DNA of 64,000 nt from Octopus vulgaris (GCA_951406725.2 OX597815.1:75082001-75146000), one strand, 5' to 3'. Shown: positions 25,067 to 42,198, numbered from the stretch's first letter. The notes: generated by a model not told the origin, from the sequence alone. Made by a program: numbers and translations.

Positions 25067-25334
25067 TACATACATACATACATACATACATTCATACAAA
25101 CATCGCACATATATATATATATACGCGCGCGCGCCTAGACACGCGCATACACATATTATATAAGTATATGAACCTACACAAGCTTACACACATATTTACA
25201 CACGCACACACACATACATATATGTACAAACACACGCACATATATGCATATATATATATGTATAGGATACATTCCGTTTCTCTATCTTTCCATATATATC
25301 TTATATATGCGTACATCCATTCATTTCCACTTTA

Positions 25335-26132
25335 CCCTTTTATAGAGGGTTAGTGGAGGAAAAGTGCGGCGACGTTCTTGGAGAGACCTTGGGCGTCGAA
25401 GATCAACTAGCCGCTCTTTTCTGGAGAACTTGCGGCCGGGGCCGATGGTTATTTTCCAAAGATTTCTGGCCTGGCAGTGCTACCGGGAAGCTTTGTCTGT
25501 TCGAGATAAACTTTACAGGCACGGAAGTGCTGTCAGCTGAGCATGTCCGAGATGCACGCAGGACGACGAAACGGTCCTGCAGTCACTCGTCCAGTGCACG
25601 AGCATTGCAGACTTGTCGGCTTATGTCGAACATCTGCTGGGACAGATCCGGCTGTGGGGCGGATGCGGTTGCTGAATGAATCTATAGCCCTGTCACCTTC
25701 CTTTAACCAAGAAGAAAAGTCTGTGTTTATATGTCTGGTGGCCATGACGAAAGAGTTTGTATGGTGGACGAGATTGAAGGGGCTGAAGAAAAATACTTTT
25801 TTCTTTGGCCAATCTCTTATAAGGGTAGAGAGGGAAGTGTTGTCTTCTAGCCAATTTGTTGAAAGAGGATGAAAGTGGCGAGAATGATGCTGGTGGACGG
25901 GTATCCCCTGAGCATACGCCTGTAGTTGGGGAAAAAAGGAAAGGAAAAACACATATGCCCCAAAAGTCAGGAAAGTCAGGGTACCCATGGTTTTTTTATG
26001 GGGTTTTTCCACGAGCAGCCTTCGTAGTATCCTCCGTATTGAGGACCATACATTGTTGATTTTAAAAAAAATGTTGGTCTTGTTTACACGTAAAACCCTC
26101 ACAACACAGTCACACACACACACACACACACA

Positions 26133-26167
<35 letters not shown>

Positions 26168-26270
26168 ACACCACACACACACACACACACACACACATTC
26201 TTTGTATTGTCTTGTACTATCAATAATGTTTTTCTTGATGTAAACCCTTGAGGTTAATAAAGGAAATTAT
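25335..26270 (+). mobile_element. 5'-truncated L1/Tx1-like LINE, copy 3
   Basis: EEKCGDVLGETLGVEDQL...; FICLVAMTKEFVWWTRLKG...VEREVLSSSQFVER; ends aataaaggaaatt plus (ATT)n. Confidence 0.82.
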
Positions 26271-26303
26271 CATTATTATTGTTATTATTATTGTTATTAT
26301 TAC

Positions 26304-26351
<48 letters not shown>

Positions 26352-26379
26352 CATCATTATTATTATTATTATTATTATT

Positions 26380-26543
26380 GCCTTTGCACAGCTTCTAACG
26401 CTGGAGATGTACCGCGGTATCAGCTGTTCACTATCAGTGTACTAAGGTAACCCTTCTTATTTTTCGAGCACCTTTCGGGCGGTTCCAAACGGTGCTGTTT
26501 TCTGCAAGTGCTCAACCCTTATGGCAGTCCCTATTTGTTCCAC

Positions 26544-26545
<2 letters not shown>
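26380..26545 (-). mobile_element. 3' terminus of a second R4/Dong-like RLE LINE family
   Basis: Minus-strand VEQIGTAIRVEHLQKTAPFGTARKVLEK*, then a short UTR; embedded in (TAA)n on both sides. Confidence 0.7.
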
Positions 26546-26581
<36 letters not shown>

Positions 26582-26591
26582 GTTATTATTA

Positions 26592-26735
26592 AGCTGGACG
26601 AAATGCTTAGCGGTATTTCGCCCGTTGCTACGATCAAATTCCACCGTGGTCGACTTTGTCTTTCATCCTTTCAGTGTCGATAAATTAAGTACCAGTGAAA
26701 CACTGAGGTCGGTGTAATCGACTAGTCCCTTCTCC
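26592..26735 (+). mobile_element. Partial type A SINE
   Basis: gctggacgaaatgcttagcggtatttcg...tttcatcctttc. Confidence 0.85.
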
Positions 26736-27167
26736 TATAAACGTGTGTGTGTGTGTGAGTATGGGCATGTGTGTAAGCTGGCGTGTGAGTGAGAGCCGAT
26801 GGCGTTACCTCTTTGATGTGCAAGTGCGTGTTTTTATGGAAGTATGCACTTATGGGCGTGTTTTCGTATCAGCCACGCGTGAGTACTCGCGTGCTCGAAT
26901 ATGTGGTCGTATGTGTCAGCTGTGTATATCAGCTAGTTGCGTTTGTATAAGTTGTATGGATGTGTGTGTGTGTATGTGCAAATACGTGTGTATACGCATA
27001 TGTGGGCGTACGTGTTTAGGATGCATGTGTAGGTATGTTATGTGTGTGTGTATGGATGATTGGTGAATGCGAGTATGAACATTCCTGTATTTATATGTGT
27101 ACGTATGAACGTGTGCGTGTTTGTCTCGAAGAACATGTATGCGTGCACGCGTATGTTTTCATCTGGT

Positions 27168-27240
<73 letters not shown>

Positions 27241-27319
27241 TATGTGTGTGTGTGAAGTATATCTGAATTGTTGGCGGCCTGTAGTTTGAAGCTCATCAGG
27301 AGGGTGTATCTGTGATGGC

Positions 27320-28315
27320 ACCAATAAGAATCTGTTGGCTGATTTATTCTCGATATCGCGAAACCAGCCGATCATAGCTGCTCTGGAATTCCATTGACTG
27401 AATCCTATGAATCAGTCCTATGGCCCTTCTAATATCTAAGTTGATAATATCATAAAGGCGGCGAGCTGGCAGAATCGTTAGCACGCCGGACGAAATGCGT
27501 AGCCGTATTTCGTCTGCCGTTACGTTCTGAGTTCAAATTCCACCGAGGTCGACTTTGCCTTTCATCCTTTCGGGGTCGATAAAATAAGTACCAGTTACCT
27601 ACTGGGGTCGATATAATCGACTTAATCCGTTTGTCTGTCTTTGTTTGTCCTCTCTGTGTTTAGTCCCTTGTGGGTAGTAAAGAAATAGATAATATCAATC
27701 ATGCGCTTACTGACAATGCCTATCAGACTTTTGGAGGGATTGGTCAACCTGCATTTGGGGTTGGAGAAGAAATTCGGTTTGTGATCCTTAAGTGTATCAT
27801 GGGAAGGGGCTGAGGAATCGCGTGGCGAGGTGATCCACACGATCCTCTGTATTAATGAAGATGGCTAGCTCCTTCACATCTGCATTTGTGTCATTATGTG
27901 TAGAGATGTGAGTTTTCTTGTATGTATTGGTGATCGTGTTTGTGGGGAGTCTTGCGTGTGTTTCCTAAATGCACTTTGTTTTGTTTTTTTTCTGCAAGGA
28001 TATATACATTAGACGATTGCTTAATTTTTGCCATGTAATCATTCAAAAATTTGAGGAAGGGGTTAGAACGATGCCGAAGCCTTAACTTCTTTACAATGTC
28101 CCATAAGTGAGCTTCGAAGCTCTCAAGGACCTGCGTCTGGAGAAGGCACTTTCGAGTGTTAAACCCGAACACGACTGCGAATGTAGTAGTGGATGGATTC
28201 ATGAAGAAGGCCTTCCAGTACTTATGCTCGATGACGCTTTTAATCCTTTTTGTGAACTGCGTCAAATAAAGTTTCCTTGGTGATATCTGAATGATTTTCA
28301 ACAACTATGGCAGCG
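27320..28315 (-). pseudogene. Penelope-like element ORF N-terminus and start of RT, degraded and interrupted by a SINE
   Basis: WKAFF...FGFNTRKC...LESFEAHLWDIVKKLR...KIKQSSNVYILAEK; [34 protein letters not shown]; QWNSRAAMIGWFRDIENK. These are the collinear motifs of invertebrate PLE ORFs. Confidence 0.8.
27455..27690 (+). mobile_element. Young full-length type A SINE (long-tail subtype) inserted in the PLE
   Basis: Near-consensus head and core, with tail ...cccttgtgggtagtaaagaaat. Confidence 0.92.
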
Positions 28316-28761
28316 GTTGTCTCTCCATTGCAAACTGTTTGTCAGAAGTCCGTGGATGGAGCTCAACAGAGACTGCGGCACTTGTACGATTGAGTGGACA
28401 CACGAAAGAAAGTGGTACTCAACACATTCAGTAGCAGTTACATATATTATTATTTAAAACAGTTTGTGCTACTGACAGCAAAATGATAATAATAATAATG
28501 ATTCCGAATTTTGGCACAAGACCTGTAAGATCGGAAGAGAGAGTAAGTCGATTACATCGAGCCCATGCTGTACCGGTGCTCCTTTTACCGACCCTGAAAA
28601 TAACGACAGGATAATTGGTGGAGTTTAAGATAAAGGCAGAACCTGAAGAAGAGGAAGAATTCAAAGAAATAGGTGGAGTGACCCCCAAATATTTGAATGC
28701 AAAAGAACAAGAATTATTGTACATTGAATATAGACTAGGGATAACGGTTTATGTATATATC

Positions 28762-28828
<67 letters not shown>

Positions 28829-29088
28829 GTATGTATGTATGTAAGTATGTATGTATGCATGTATGTATGTATGTATGTATGTGTATATATGTGTGTATGT
28901 ATGTATGTATGTATGTATATATATATATATATATATATATTTGAATGCAAAAGAACAAGAATTATTGTACATTGAATATAGACTAGGGATAATGGTTTTG
29001 TCCATGGAGTTTATATATATATATATATATATATAGATATATATATATACATATATATGTATGTGTATATATGTGTGTATGTATGATG

Positions 29089-29140
<52 letters not shown>

Positions 29141-29146
29141 GTATAA

Positions 29147-29182
<36 letters not shown>

Positions 29183-30599
29183 ATATATATATACATATAT
29201 ATATACATATATATATACATATATATATATACATATATATATACATACACACATATATATATATACACATCTGCACAAATGTATAGACGTATGCATGCTT
29301 ATATTAACACGTGACTGTGCGTGTACGTATACATATGCACAAAAATACATATAGACACGTATGTATGCTTAAGTATATGAACTAGAGGAAAAAGTACCCA
29401 AAGCAGATGTTGTGCATATGTGTATATGTGGGAGAGCGCACACATATGTAGACAAACATACATACATATATACACACATAATACATACAGATACAGATTA
29501 CAATTAACATTGGGTCTCATGACGTAATGTAATATACATACAAACACACCCACCCATACACACATATACATATATATACACACACAGCTGCACACACACA
29601 TATATGTATATACACATACATGCAGAATACACGCATAGAACATACACATACATGTACATGAATATATGTGTGTATGTATGTATATATGTTTGTATGAATG
29701 TATGCATGTATGTATGTATATGTGTGTGTGTATATATATTTGTATGCAGACATATATACAAACAAGTATGCATTTTTACATGTACAGTCAAATTCAGACA
29801 TGCATGCATTTAAGCATAAACACACATATATCAATACATGTAGCTGTTTGTAGATGTATGCGCTTGTGTGTCTGTGTGTCTGTGTGTCTGTGTTGGGTAT
29901 ATATTTATATTTAGACATACACACACACATATGTACACACATATATACATACATATATGCATGCATATATGCACTCATATATACACACAGTCAGATACAT
30001 ACATACACATAAACATATATACACACATACATCAATATATAATGTCTGTGAATGTGTGTGTATTGTATGTGTGTCTGTGTATGTGTGTTAGGTGCGTTGC
30101 ACTGGGAGGCGGTTTAGTCAAAGAGTCTTTAATCGTCAGACATATCGATTAAAGAATCCTATATTTTTCATGAGATTAAATCACAATGTTTTTTATCCTT
30201 CAAAATAATATAGACGTTCATGCACCCCCCCACACATGTAGATAAATAGATATATACCTACAGATATTTAAACGTACATACATAAATACATACACACAGA
30301 AACGCACGTTTACGAACGTGAGTATTGTCTTCTAAACACGCATTTTTAAATGTATGTATCTATGTGAACATCTGCATAGTATTATATATACGTATTTATG
30401 TATGTGTGAATGTATGCATGCATCCATATATATATATATATATGTATGTATGTATGTATATATATATGTATATATATATATATATGTATATATATGTATA
30501 TATATATATATGTATATATATGTAGGTATATATATGTATATATATATGTATGTATATATGTATGTATATATATATATATATGTATCTTTTATTTTTCAT

Positions 30600-30750
30600 C
30601 TTTTACTTGTTACAGTCATTAGACTGCGGCCATGCTGGAGCACCGACTTGAATTTCTAGTCAAATAAATCAACTCCAATTCTTATTTTTGTAAGCCTGGT
30701 ACCTATTCTATCGGTCTCTTTTACCGAACCGCTAAGTTACGGGACGTAAA
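30600..30750 (-). mobile_element. 3' half of a type B SINE
   Basis: gactgcggccatgctggagcaccg...ccgaaccgctaagttacggg. Confidence 0.82.
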
Positions 30751-31660
30751 CACACATACACATAGACACACATACACACATGCACACACACATATATGAT
30801 ATATATGCGCGTGTGTGTGCGTGTGTTTATGTATCAATATATTTATACATACACATACACATATATATATATATATGTATGTATACATATGTATATATAT
30901 ATATACATATATATATATGCACACACACATATATAGATATACATACATGTGTATGTGTGTGTGTGACTGTGTGTGTATAATATATACATATATCTAAACT
31001 GTATGTTTGACTCGTGATAAAGTTTCACGTCACTGGAATCTTCAAACAAGAAAAATATATGAATATAGATATGCACTTTAAACGTAACTCGCCTTCTAGT
31101 ATGAGCTGGTATCATGTATAATATGGGAAGGCGTGTGGCCTAAAGTTTAGAAACTTGGGCTTATAAGATTCGATTGCGGCGCGTAATTTCGTTGAGCCAG
31201 ACATCTGATTTAACTTGCTTCAGTTGACTCAACAATAAATAAATATTCGATGATAGGAATTATTTTCTCTAGTTTGTTTATATATATATATATATATAAT
31301 CTTAGGTCTTGGTAGGGTGTGAAAGTAGGATATTTCCTGAGAAGCACTCAGCCTGAATACTAGGCTATCAACATTGTCGGGTTCCAGATCAATGCCGGAA
31401 TTCTTCAGGTGTAGGAAATCCTTGTTTCACGACGGTCACACCGTGATGTGGCTTTGGTGAAGAGTAAATTATAATCCAAATAATAAAAAAGCAAATAAAT
31501 TCTTTGACACTGCATGCATGCATACATACATACATACATACATACATACATACATACATACATACATGCTGAAGGATCCTTGGATTTGTTTTAGAAACCG
31601 GCTCTTTCTCTATTGGCTAGAAATCTTGAAATAAAATTGAACAATGACATTCACACATAC

Positions 31661-31756
<96 letters not shown>

Positions 31757-31788
31757 GACTGCATTATTACAACTATATATATATAGTA

Positions 31789-32160
31789 GGCGTAGGAGTG
31801 GCTGTGTGGTAAGTAGCTTGCTTACCAACCAGATGGTTCCAGGCTCAGTCCCACTGAGTGGCACCTTGGGCAAGTGTCTTCTGCTATAACCTCGGGCCGA
31901 CCAAAGCCTTGTGAGTGGATTTTGTAGACGGAAACTGAAAGAAGCCCGTCGTATATATGTATATGTGTGTGTGTGTGTTTGTGTGTCTGTGTTTGTCCCC
32001 CCAACATCGTTTGACAACCGATGCTGGTGTGTTTACGTCCCCGTAACGTAGCGGTTCAGCAAAAGAGACCGATATAATAAGTACTAGGCTTCCAAAGAAT
32101 AAGTCCTGGGGTCGATTCGCTCGATAGCCACAGTCAAATGACTGAAACAAGTAAAAGAGT
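31789..32160 (+). mobile_element. Near full-length type B SINE
   Basis: ggcgtaggagtggctgtgtggtaag head through the gactgaaacaagtaaaagag tail. Confidence 0.92.
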
Positions 32161-32634
32161 AGAGTAATTGTAATAATGAAGCCAAATTATTATGATTTAT
32201 ACGACTTGATGCCAATACAAACTATCTGGACTGGACTCCACTCACGCGGATACTCGACCAAGGATTGTGAGTAGTTTGTTATATTTGACTTGAGTTGAGA
32301 ATCTTTGTACCAAGTATCGCTTCTAAATGTAAAGCAATACATGCATGCACACGTACGTACATACATACATACATACATACATACATACATGTATATATAT
32401 GTATATAAATATTTACGTACATACACACACACACAAATTAATAAGGAGAGGGAGAGAGAGAGAGCGCGATCGAATGGACGTTCTAGCTTTATGTTTGAAA
32501 GTACTCAATATATGACAGTGTTGCATTCACGAGTATATGGACAGATCAATCGATTAGTGAAAAAAATATAACTAATTATATTATGAATTATTCTTTGTTG
32601 TTTACCTTTGATTTTTCTCATGAAAATAATGAAG

Positions 32635-32700
<66 letters not shown>

Positions 32701-32702
<2 letters not shown>

Positions 32703-33715
32703 GGCGGCGAGCTGGCAGAAACGTTAGCACGCCGGGCGAGATCCTTAGCAGTATTTCGTCTGCCGTTACGTTCTGAGTTCAAATTCCGTCGAGGTCGACT
32801 TTGCCTTTCATCCTTTCGGGGTCGATAAATTAAGTACCAGTTACGCATTGGGGTCGATATAATCAACTTAATCCGTTTATCTGTCCTTGTTTGTCCTCTC
32901 TGTGTTTAGCCCCTTGTGGGTAGTAAAGAAATATGTATTTTGTCTGAGTTACATTCTGACTTCAAATTCCACCGAGATCGACTTTTCCTTTCATCCTTTC
33001 GGGGTCGATAAATTAAGTACCAGTTACGCACTGTGGTCGATGTAATCGACTAAATCCCTTTGTCTGTACTTGTTTGTTCCCTCTATGTTTAGCTCCTTGC
33101 AGGCAATAAAGAAATAAGAAACGTTAGCACGCCGGGAGAAATGCTTAGCGGTATTTCGTCTGCCGCTACGTTCTGAGTTCAAATTCCGCCGAGGTCGACT
33201 TTGCCTTTCATCCTTTCGGGGTCGATAAATTTAGCACCAGTTACGTACTGGGGTCGATCTAATCGACTTAATCCGTTTGTCTGTCCTTGTTTGTTCTCTC
33301 GGTGTTTAGCCCCTTGTGGGTAGTAAAGAAATAGGTATTCGGTTCGTCTTCATACTATGAATTCAAATTCCGCCGAAGTCAACTTTGCCTTTCATCCCTT
33401 CGGGGTCGATAAATTAAGTACCAGTGAAACATTGGGGTTGGTGTGACTGACTCCTCCCCTCCCCCCAAATGGCTGCCCTTGAGGAAAAATTTGAAACCAT
33501 TATTATTATTACTAAGGCGGCGAGGTGGCAGAATCGTTAGCACGCCGCGCGAAATGCTTAGAGGCATTTCGTTCGTCTTCACGTTCTCAGATAAACGTTG
33601 CCTTCCATACTTTCGGTGTCGGTAAATTAAGTACCAGGGAAATACTGGGGTCGATGTAATCGACTAGTCCCCTCCAACAAAATTCTAGGCCTTGTGCCTT
33701 TAGTAGAAAGGGTTA
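32701..33715 (+). mobile_element. Head-to-tail array of about 5 type A SINE units
   Basis: Repeated tttcatcc.ttcggggtcgataaatt cores near 32805, 32990, 33205 and 33390, plus a degenerate core near 33600. Confidence 0.92.
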
Positions 33716-33879
33716 TTATTATGTTTAATTATTTTTCTGTTATACATTTAATTACATCGATCCGATCAATTTTTATGTTATACGTTTAATAACATTGATC
33801 CGATCATCTTAACCACAGAAATATCTAAAATCTACAGCGTGAAATTTACGGTTAAGAATATCTTTTTCCTTTGATCTTT

Positions 33880-34280
33880 TACCTGTTCCAGGAACTGGAC
33901 TGCGGACATACTGCAGTACCGCCGCCTTGAGAGTTTTGAAATGAATCGACCCACGAACTTATTTTTTAAGCACTGTATTTATTCTATTTACTTCTTTTGT
34001 CGAACCTCTACGTTACAGAGACGTAAACAAAACAACATCGGTTGTCAGGTGGTGATGGGGAGCAAATAAAAACATAAAGACATATACATATCCATAGGCG
34101 TAATATGCGTGTGTGTGTGTGTGTGTGTGTGGACGATAACCTTAATTCCGCCTGCAAATTCACTCATGAGGTTTTCGGCGACCCGAGGCTATAGTAGAGG
34201 ACACTTGCCATGGTGTCACGCAATTCAACTGAATCCAGAACCATCTGGTTAGGAAGCAAACTTCTTATCACAAAGCCATG
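33880..34280 (-). mobile_element. Degenerate type B SINE
   Basis: cccgaggctatagtagaggacacttgcc; gaaccatctggttaggaagcaa. Confidence 0.75.
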
Positions 34281-34346
34281 TCATTATATTTTATATTTCT
34301 TTATGTATATATACATGTATGCATGTATGTATGCATTTATGTATGC

Positions 34347-34384
<38 letters not shown>

Positions 34385-34389
34385 TATAG

Positions 34390-34900
<511 letters not shown>

Positions 34901-35324
34901 TAAAAGATATACACATGCATACATACACATAGATACACATATATACGTATACATGTACATATGTATATATATATCACATAATATTTTTTACATACGCACA
35001 GAAATACTAACATGCAGAAATGCATATCTATCCATCCAATATATTTTTCATATGTATATCTATCTTTCTGTATATCGGTTTCTCTGTCTGTCACTCTGTC
35101 TGTCTCAGTGCACACACACACACACGCATACACATACACATGTATATTAATATTTGATTTTAAGTTCAATTATAATTAAAAAAAACAATTTTACATTAAT
35201 CTGATGGGTTACTATATATTTTTGTAGAGTACAAATTTATTTGTATAAGAAGTAAATACATACACAAGCATACACACACACGCACACAAGGCACGCATAT
35301 ATGTTTGTATGTATATATATATAT

Positions 35325-35378
<54 letters not shown>

Positions 35379-35436
35379 CTTTTATTTTTTCAACTTGTAT
35401 TTTCCCCATATATACATATATATATATATATGTATA

Positions 35437-35484
<48 letters not shown>

Positions 35485-35546
35485 TATATGTATATATATA
35501 TATACATACATACATACACATGCATGTATATATATGTATATACATG

Positions 35547-35593
<47 letters not shown>

Positions 35594-36027
35594 CTTTGTG
35601 GATGCATTTGCCCACCACCACAGCTCGACAACCGATATTGGTTTGCTTATATCCCGGCTATTTAGCGGCTCGGCCAAAGAGACCGACAGTATATGTACGA
35701 GACTTTAAAAAAATAAGTACAGAGATTGATTTGTGTTAGTAAACCCTTCAAGGGCTTGCCCTAGTGGCGCTGCAGACCACTGACTCAAACAAGTAACTTT
35801 CCTAAACAAGGAGTGCCAACCATGAAATACTGAAATACCAAGTAAAACTGTCGACCTGTATTATTAATATTATATAAATTTCATTGCTTTTGCTTTATAA
35901 CATATCTAAAACATGTGTGTGTGTCTGTGTGTATAAAATATATTTGCCAACTAAATGTGGCGGTCCTATAGAGGACTATGTTACTGTTGTTTTTACCCAG
36001 AGAAGACAACTCTTCCAGCTGGCCAAC

Positions 36028-36109
<82 letters not shown>

Positions 36110-36263
36110 CACACGCACACACATGTATATTAATGTTTATTTCTAAGTTCAGTTATAATTTTAAAAAAAAAACAATTTTACATTAATCTGATGAGTTACT
36201 GTACGTTTTTGTAGAGCACAAATTTATTTGTATAAGAATTAAATACATACAGAAGCACACACG

Positions 36264-36295
<32 letters not shown>

Positions 36296-36380
36296 GACAA
36301 AACACACATATATATGTTTGCATGTACGTATGTACACACATATATATATATAGATATATACATATATGTGTATATACATA

Positions 36381-36415
<35 letters not shown>

Positions 36416-36438
36416 GTGTATATATATATATACGTGTG

Positions 36439-36511
<73 letters not shown>

Positions 36512-36773
36512 TTCTATTTTTCCTATACATACATATATATATTTGTATATATATGTATACAGATACACATGTATGTACATTTATATATGTATGTATGAGT
36601 GTGTGTGTGAGTGTGTGTATATAAAATATATTTGCACACTAAATGCGGCGGTCCTATAGAGGACTATGTTACTGTTGTTTTTAGACCCAGGAAGACAACT
36701 CTTCCAGCTGGCCAACGACACACCCACACACCCACACATATATGCATACATAATATATATAAATATATGCATA

Positions 36774-36827
<54 letters not shown>

Positions 36828-36869
36828 TGTTTGTGTGTGTGTGTGTGAGTATGTGTGCTTGTGTGTCTG

Positions 36870-37080
36870 TATTTGCCACCCCCTCTTCCACCATCGCTTC
36901 ACAACCGATGTCGGTGTGTTTACGTTCCTGTAACATAACGGTTCAGCAAAAGAGTCCATGGAATAAGTACTTGGTTTGCAAAGAATAAATTCTGGAGTCA
37001 ATTTGTTCGACTGTAGGTAGTGCTCAAGCATGGCCGCAGTCAAATGACTGAAACATGTAAAAGCCTAAAAGAATAAAAGA
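36870..37080 (+). mobile_element. 3' half of a type B SINE
   Basis: acaaccgatgtcggtgtgtttacg...catggccgcagtcaaatgactgaaac. Confidence 0.82.
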
Positions 37081-37413
37081 ATATAAAAAAGCTACATAAT
37101 ATATAAAAGCTATACTACTCATATATATATGTGTGTATATGTGTGTGAGTATGAATGTATGCATACATGTATGTATATAGCATATACACACACACACATA
37201 TATATATCAATACATATACATATGTACATGTATTTACATTTATACAAGCATACATATACATGTATGCATGCATACATACATGAATATATATACATGCATA
37301 TTTACATAGATACATACATCCATATACTCATTTGTGGGTGTTTGTCTGCGTATGCCTGTGTGTATGTATATCTATCCATGTCTATAATTGATATATAAAT
37401 CATATGTGATAAT

Positions 37414-37472
<59 letters not shown>

Positions 37473-37888
37473 CATACATATATACATACATATATATATA
37501 CATACATATATACATACATATATACATACACGCGCACACACATATATATATATATACATACACATACATATATATAATTATGTATATAAATATAACAGCA
37601 ATGAAAACCAATAATTTTACTGAGTTGAAATCCTACAAATTAGTAACGATCTTCAAATCTTAATTTTAATATGCGTGTGTTATGAATTCTACGTCCAGAG
37701 TGTTTATGGGTGTGTGTATGTATGAGTATGTGTTTGTGTATGCGTATGTATCTTTCGATATGTTTGTAGATACATGTAAACTAACACATAAGTAGATTAC
37801 ATACATTCATACAAACATACATGCATACATACATACACACACACACACACAAATAATATAAATATCTCCAGATATCTATCTTATTTAA

Positions 37889-37953
<65 letters not shown>

Positions 37954-38053
37954 CATCTATCTATCTATCGTTGTATAATGTGCGTATATGAGTGTATGTA
38001 TATACAGTGGAAGATAGAAGGAGAGAGAGACAAAGACAGACATATATACATAT

Positions 38054-38118
<65 letters not shown>

Positions 38119-38244
38119 AATTATATAGATTGTATTGTGTATATTGTATATATTGTATATTATACTGGGACTGAACTTGGGACGTATTTCTATAGTTCTA
38201 AATGTATACATATAACTAAATTTTAATATATTTAATGTTATGTG

Positions 38245-38299
<55 letters not shown>

Positions 38300-38809
38300 T
38301 TATTTATTTTGCGCCTGTATGAGTCTGTTTTGTGTGTGTGTATGTTGTAAAACAATAGGTTTTTGTAAATTCAATCGATTATAGACTGAAATTTAATAAC
38401 ATTATAATCCGTCTAATGTATTACACACACGCACACACATGCCCATCTACATACTCACACTCATATGCATATACAGACGCACGCTCCGGGAAGAACCCAC
38501 ACATATATGCACATATTTACGCACTTATTTTTTTATATTCATTTATTTCATATATACTTGTGTAATTAGTATTTAAATGTAACCGGCCACATGTACACAA
38601 ATATACACGCGCGCGCGCACACACATATACATATACATATATATATATACACACACGTATATTTATATACACACACATATGTACATATATATATATATAT
38701 ATAAAACATACACACACACACATATATATACATATATATATATTTGGGTGTGTGTGTTTATGTATACGTATATATACGCACATATATACACAGATATATA
38801 TATGTATTC

Positions 38810-40361
<1,552 letters not shown>

Positions 40362-40409
40362 CATATACACACACGCACACATATATATATGTGTGTGTGT
40401 GTATATATG

Positions 40410-40453
<44 letters not shown>

Positions 40454-40588
40454 CACACACACACACACATATATATATATACATACATATACACACACAC
40501 ACACAGATATATATATATATATACACATATACATATATATACATATATATATATATATACATACATATATATATACATATACATATAC

Positions 40589-40619
<31 letters not shown>

Positions 40620-41179
40620 CATATATATACAAACATATACATATATATATACATATACATATACATATATATATATATATACATATGTATACATATATAT
40701 ATACATATATATATACATATATATATACATATATATATATATACATATACATATATATATATACATATATGTATATATACATATATATATACATATATAT
40801 ATATACATACATATATATATACATATATATATATACATACATATATATATATGTATACTAAATATATGTATATATATATGCATATATATATACATATGTA
40901 CATACATATATACATATACATATATATATATACACATATAAATATATATACATACACACACATACACACACATATATATACACAATATATACATATATAT
41001 ATACATATGTATTTATATGTATATACATGTAGGCATATATATTAATATGCACACGATAATTAGAGACGTGCGTAAAGCGTGCGTGCACGATTCCGAGCAT
41101 GCTGGCGCGCACTACTTCTATGCCTTTTTGCGTTTATATAGAATCGCATTACACGTATGCAAGACAATACGAATACACA

Positions 41180-41238
<59 letters not shown>

Positions 41239-41357
41239 CATACACACACATATGAAATTTTGAAAACTCTGTGAAAACATTTTCTCCTAAAAATTAATTA
41301 TATATGATACTCTATTTAAAAGATTGAGAGAGCTCTGTTTGATACACACACGCACAC

Positions 41358-41401
<44 letters not shown>

Positions 41402-41435
41402 AGATACAGACACACATACACACACACACACATTG

Positions 41436-41467
<32 letters not shown>

Positions 41468-41715
41468 ATGTGTGTGTGTGTGTGTAACGAAACCCTATAA
41501 ATTACAAACGTTTATGTAAATGTATGTTTGTGCAAATATGCATACATAAACATACATATATACATGTATACATAGACTCACCTTACACACACTCACCTCC
41601 CACCACTCACAAACAAACAAGGATATATACACACGCAAGCGCACACGCACATGTAGTGCAATATATATATATATATACAGATATATGCATAAACAAATAT
41701 ATATATGTATATTTA

Positions 41716-41767
<52 letters not shown>

Positions 41768-41768
41768 C

Positions 41769-41811
<43 letters not shown>

Positions 41812-42140
41812 GATCAATCTACCTGTCAGTCTGTCTGTCTTTCTATTTATCTCCCAATGTGTTTATATACATATATGGGTTTGCATGTTTGCGTGTGTGT
41901 GTGTGTGTGTACATAATGTATATATGAGTGTATGAATGAACATTACTCATATAACAAAGGTTTTATATCTTTCATTGTATTAATATATCTATAGGCAATA
42001 TAATGAATATAAGGAAGATAAGGAATTGCTAAAAAAAAACGCTTCATGTCAGGACACCACCTCTTGGAATTTGTTAGTTTTTGGGGGCCAAAGGAAAAGC
42101 AAGGAGTAACGACATAAAACATATATGTATTGAAATGATT

Positions 42141-42172
<32 letters not shown>

Positions 42173-42198
42173 TGTATGTATGTATGTATGTATGTATG

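Noticed and set aside
32701-33715. Regularly spaced repeats resembling a CRISPR array
   Set aside because: The units are about 180-230-bp SINE copies without unique spacers, in a eukaryotic context with no cas genes.
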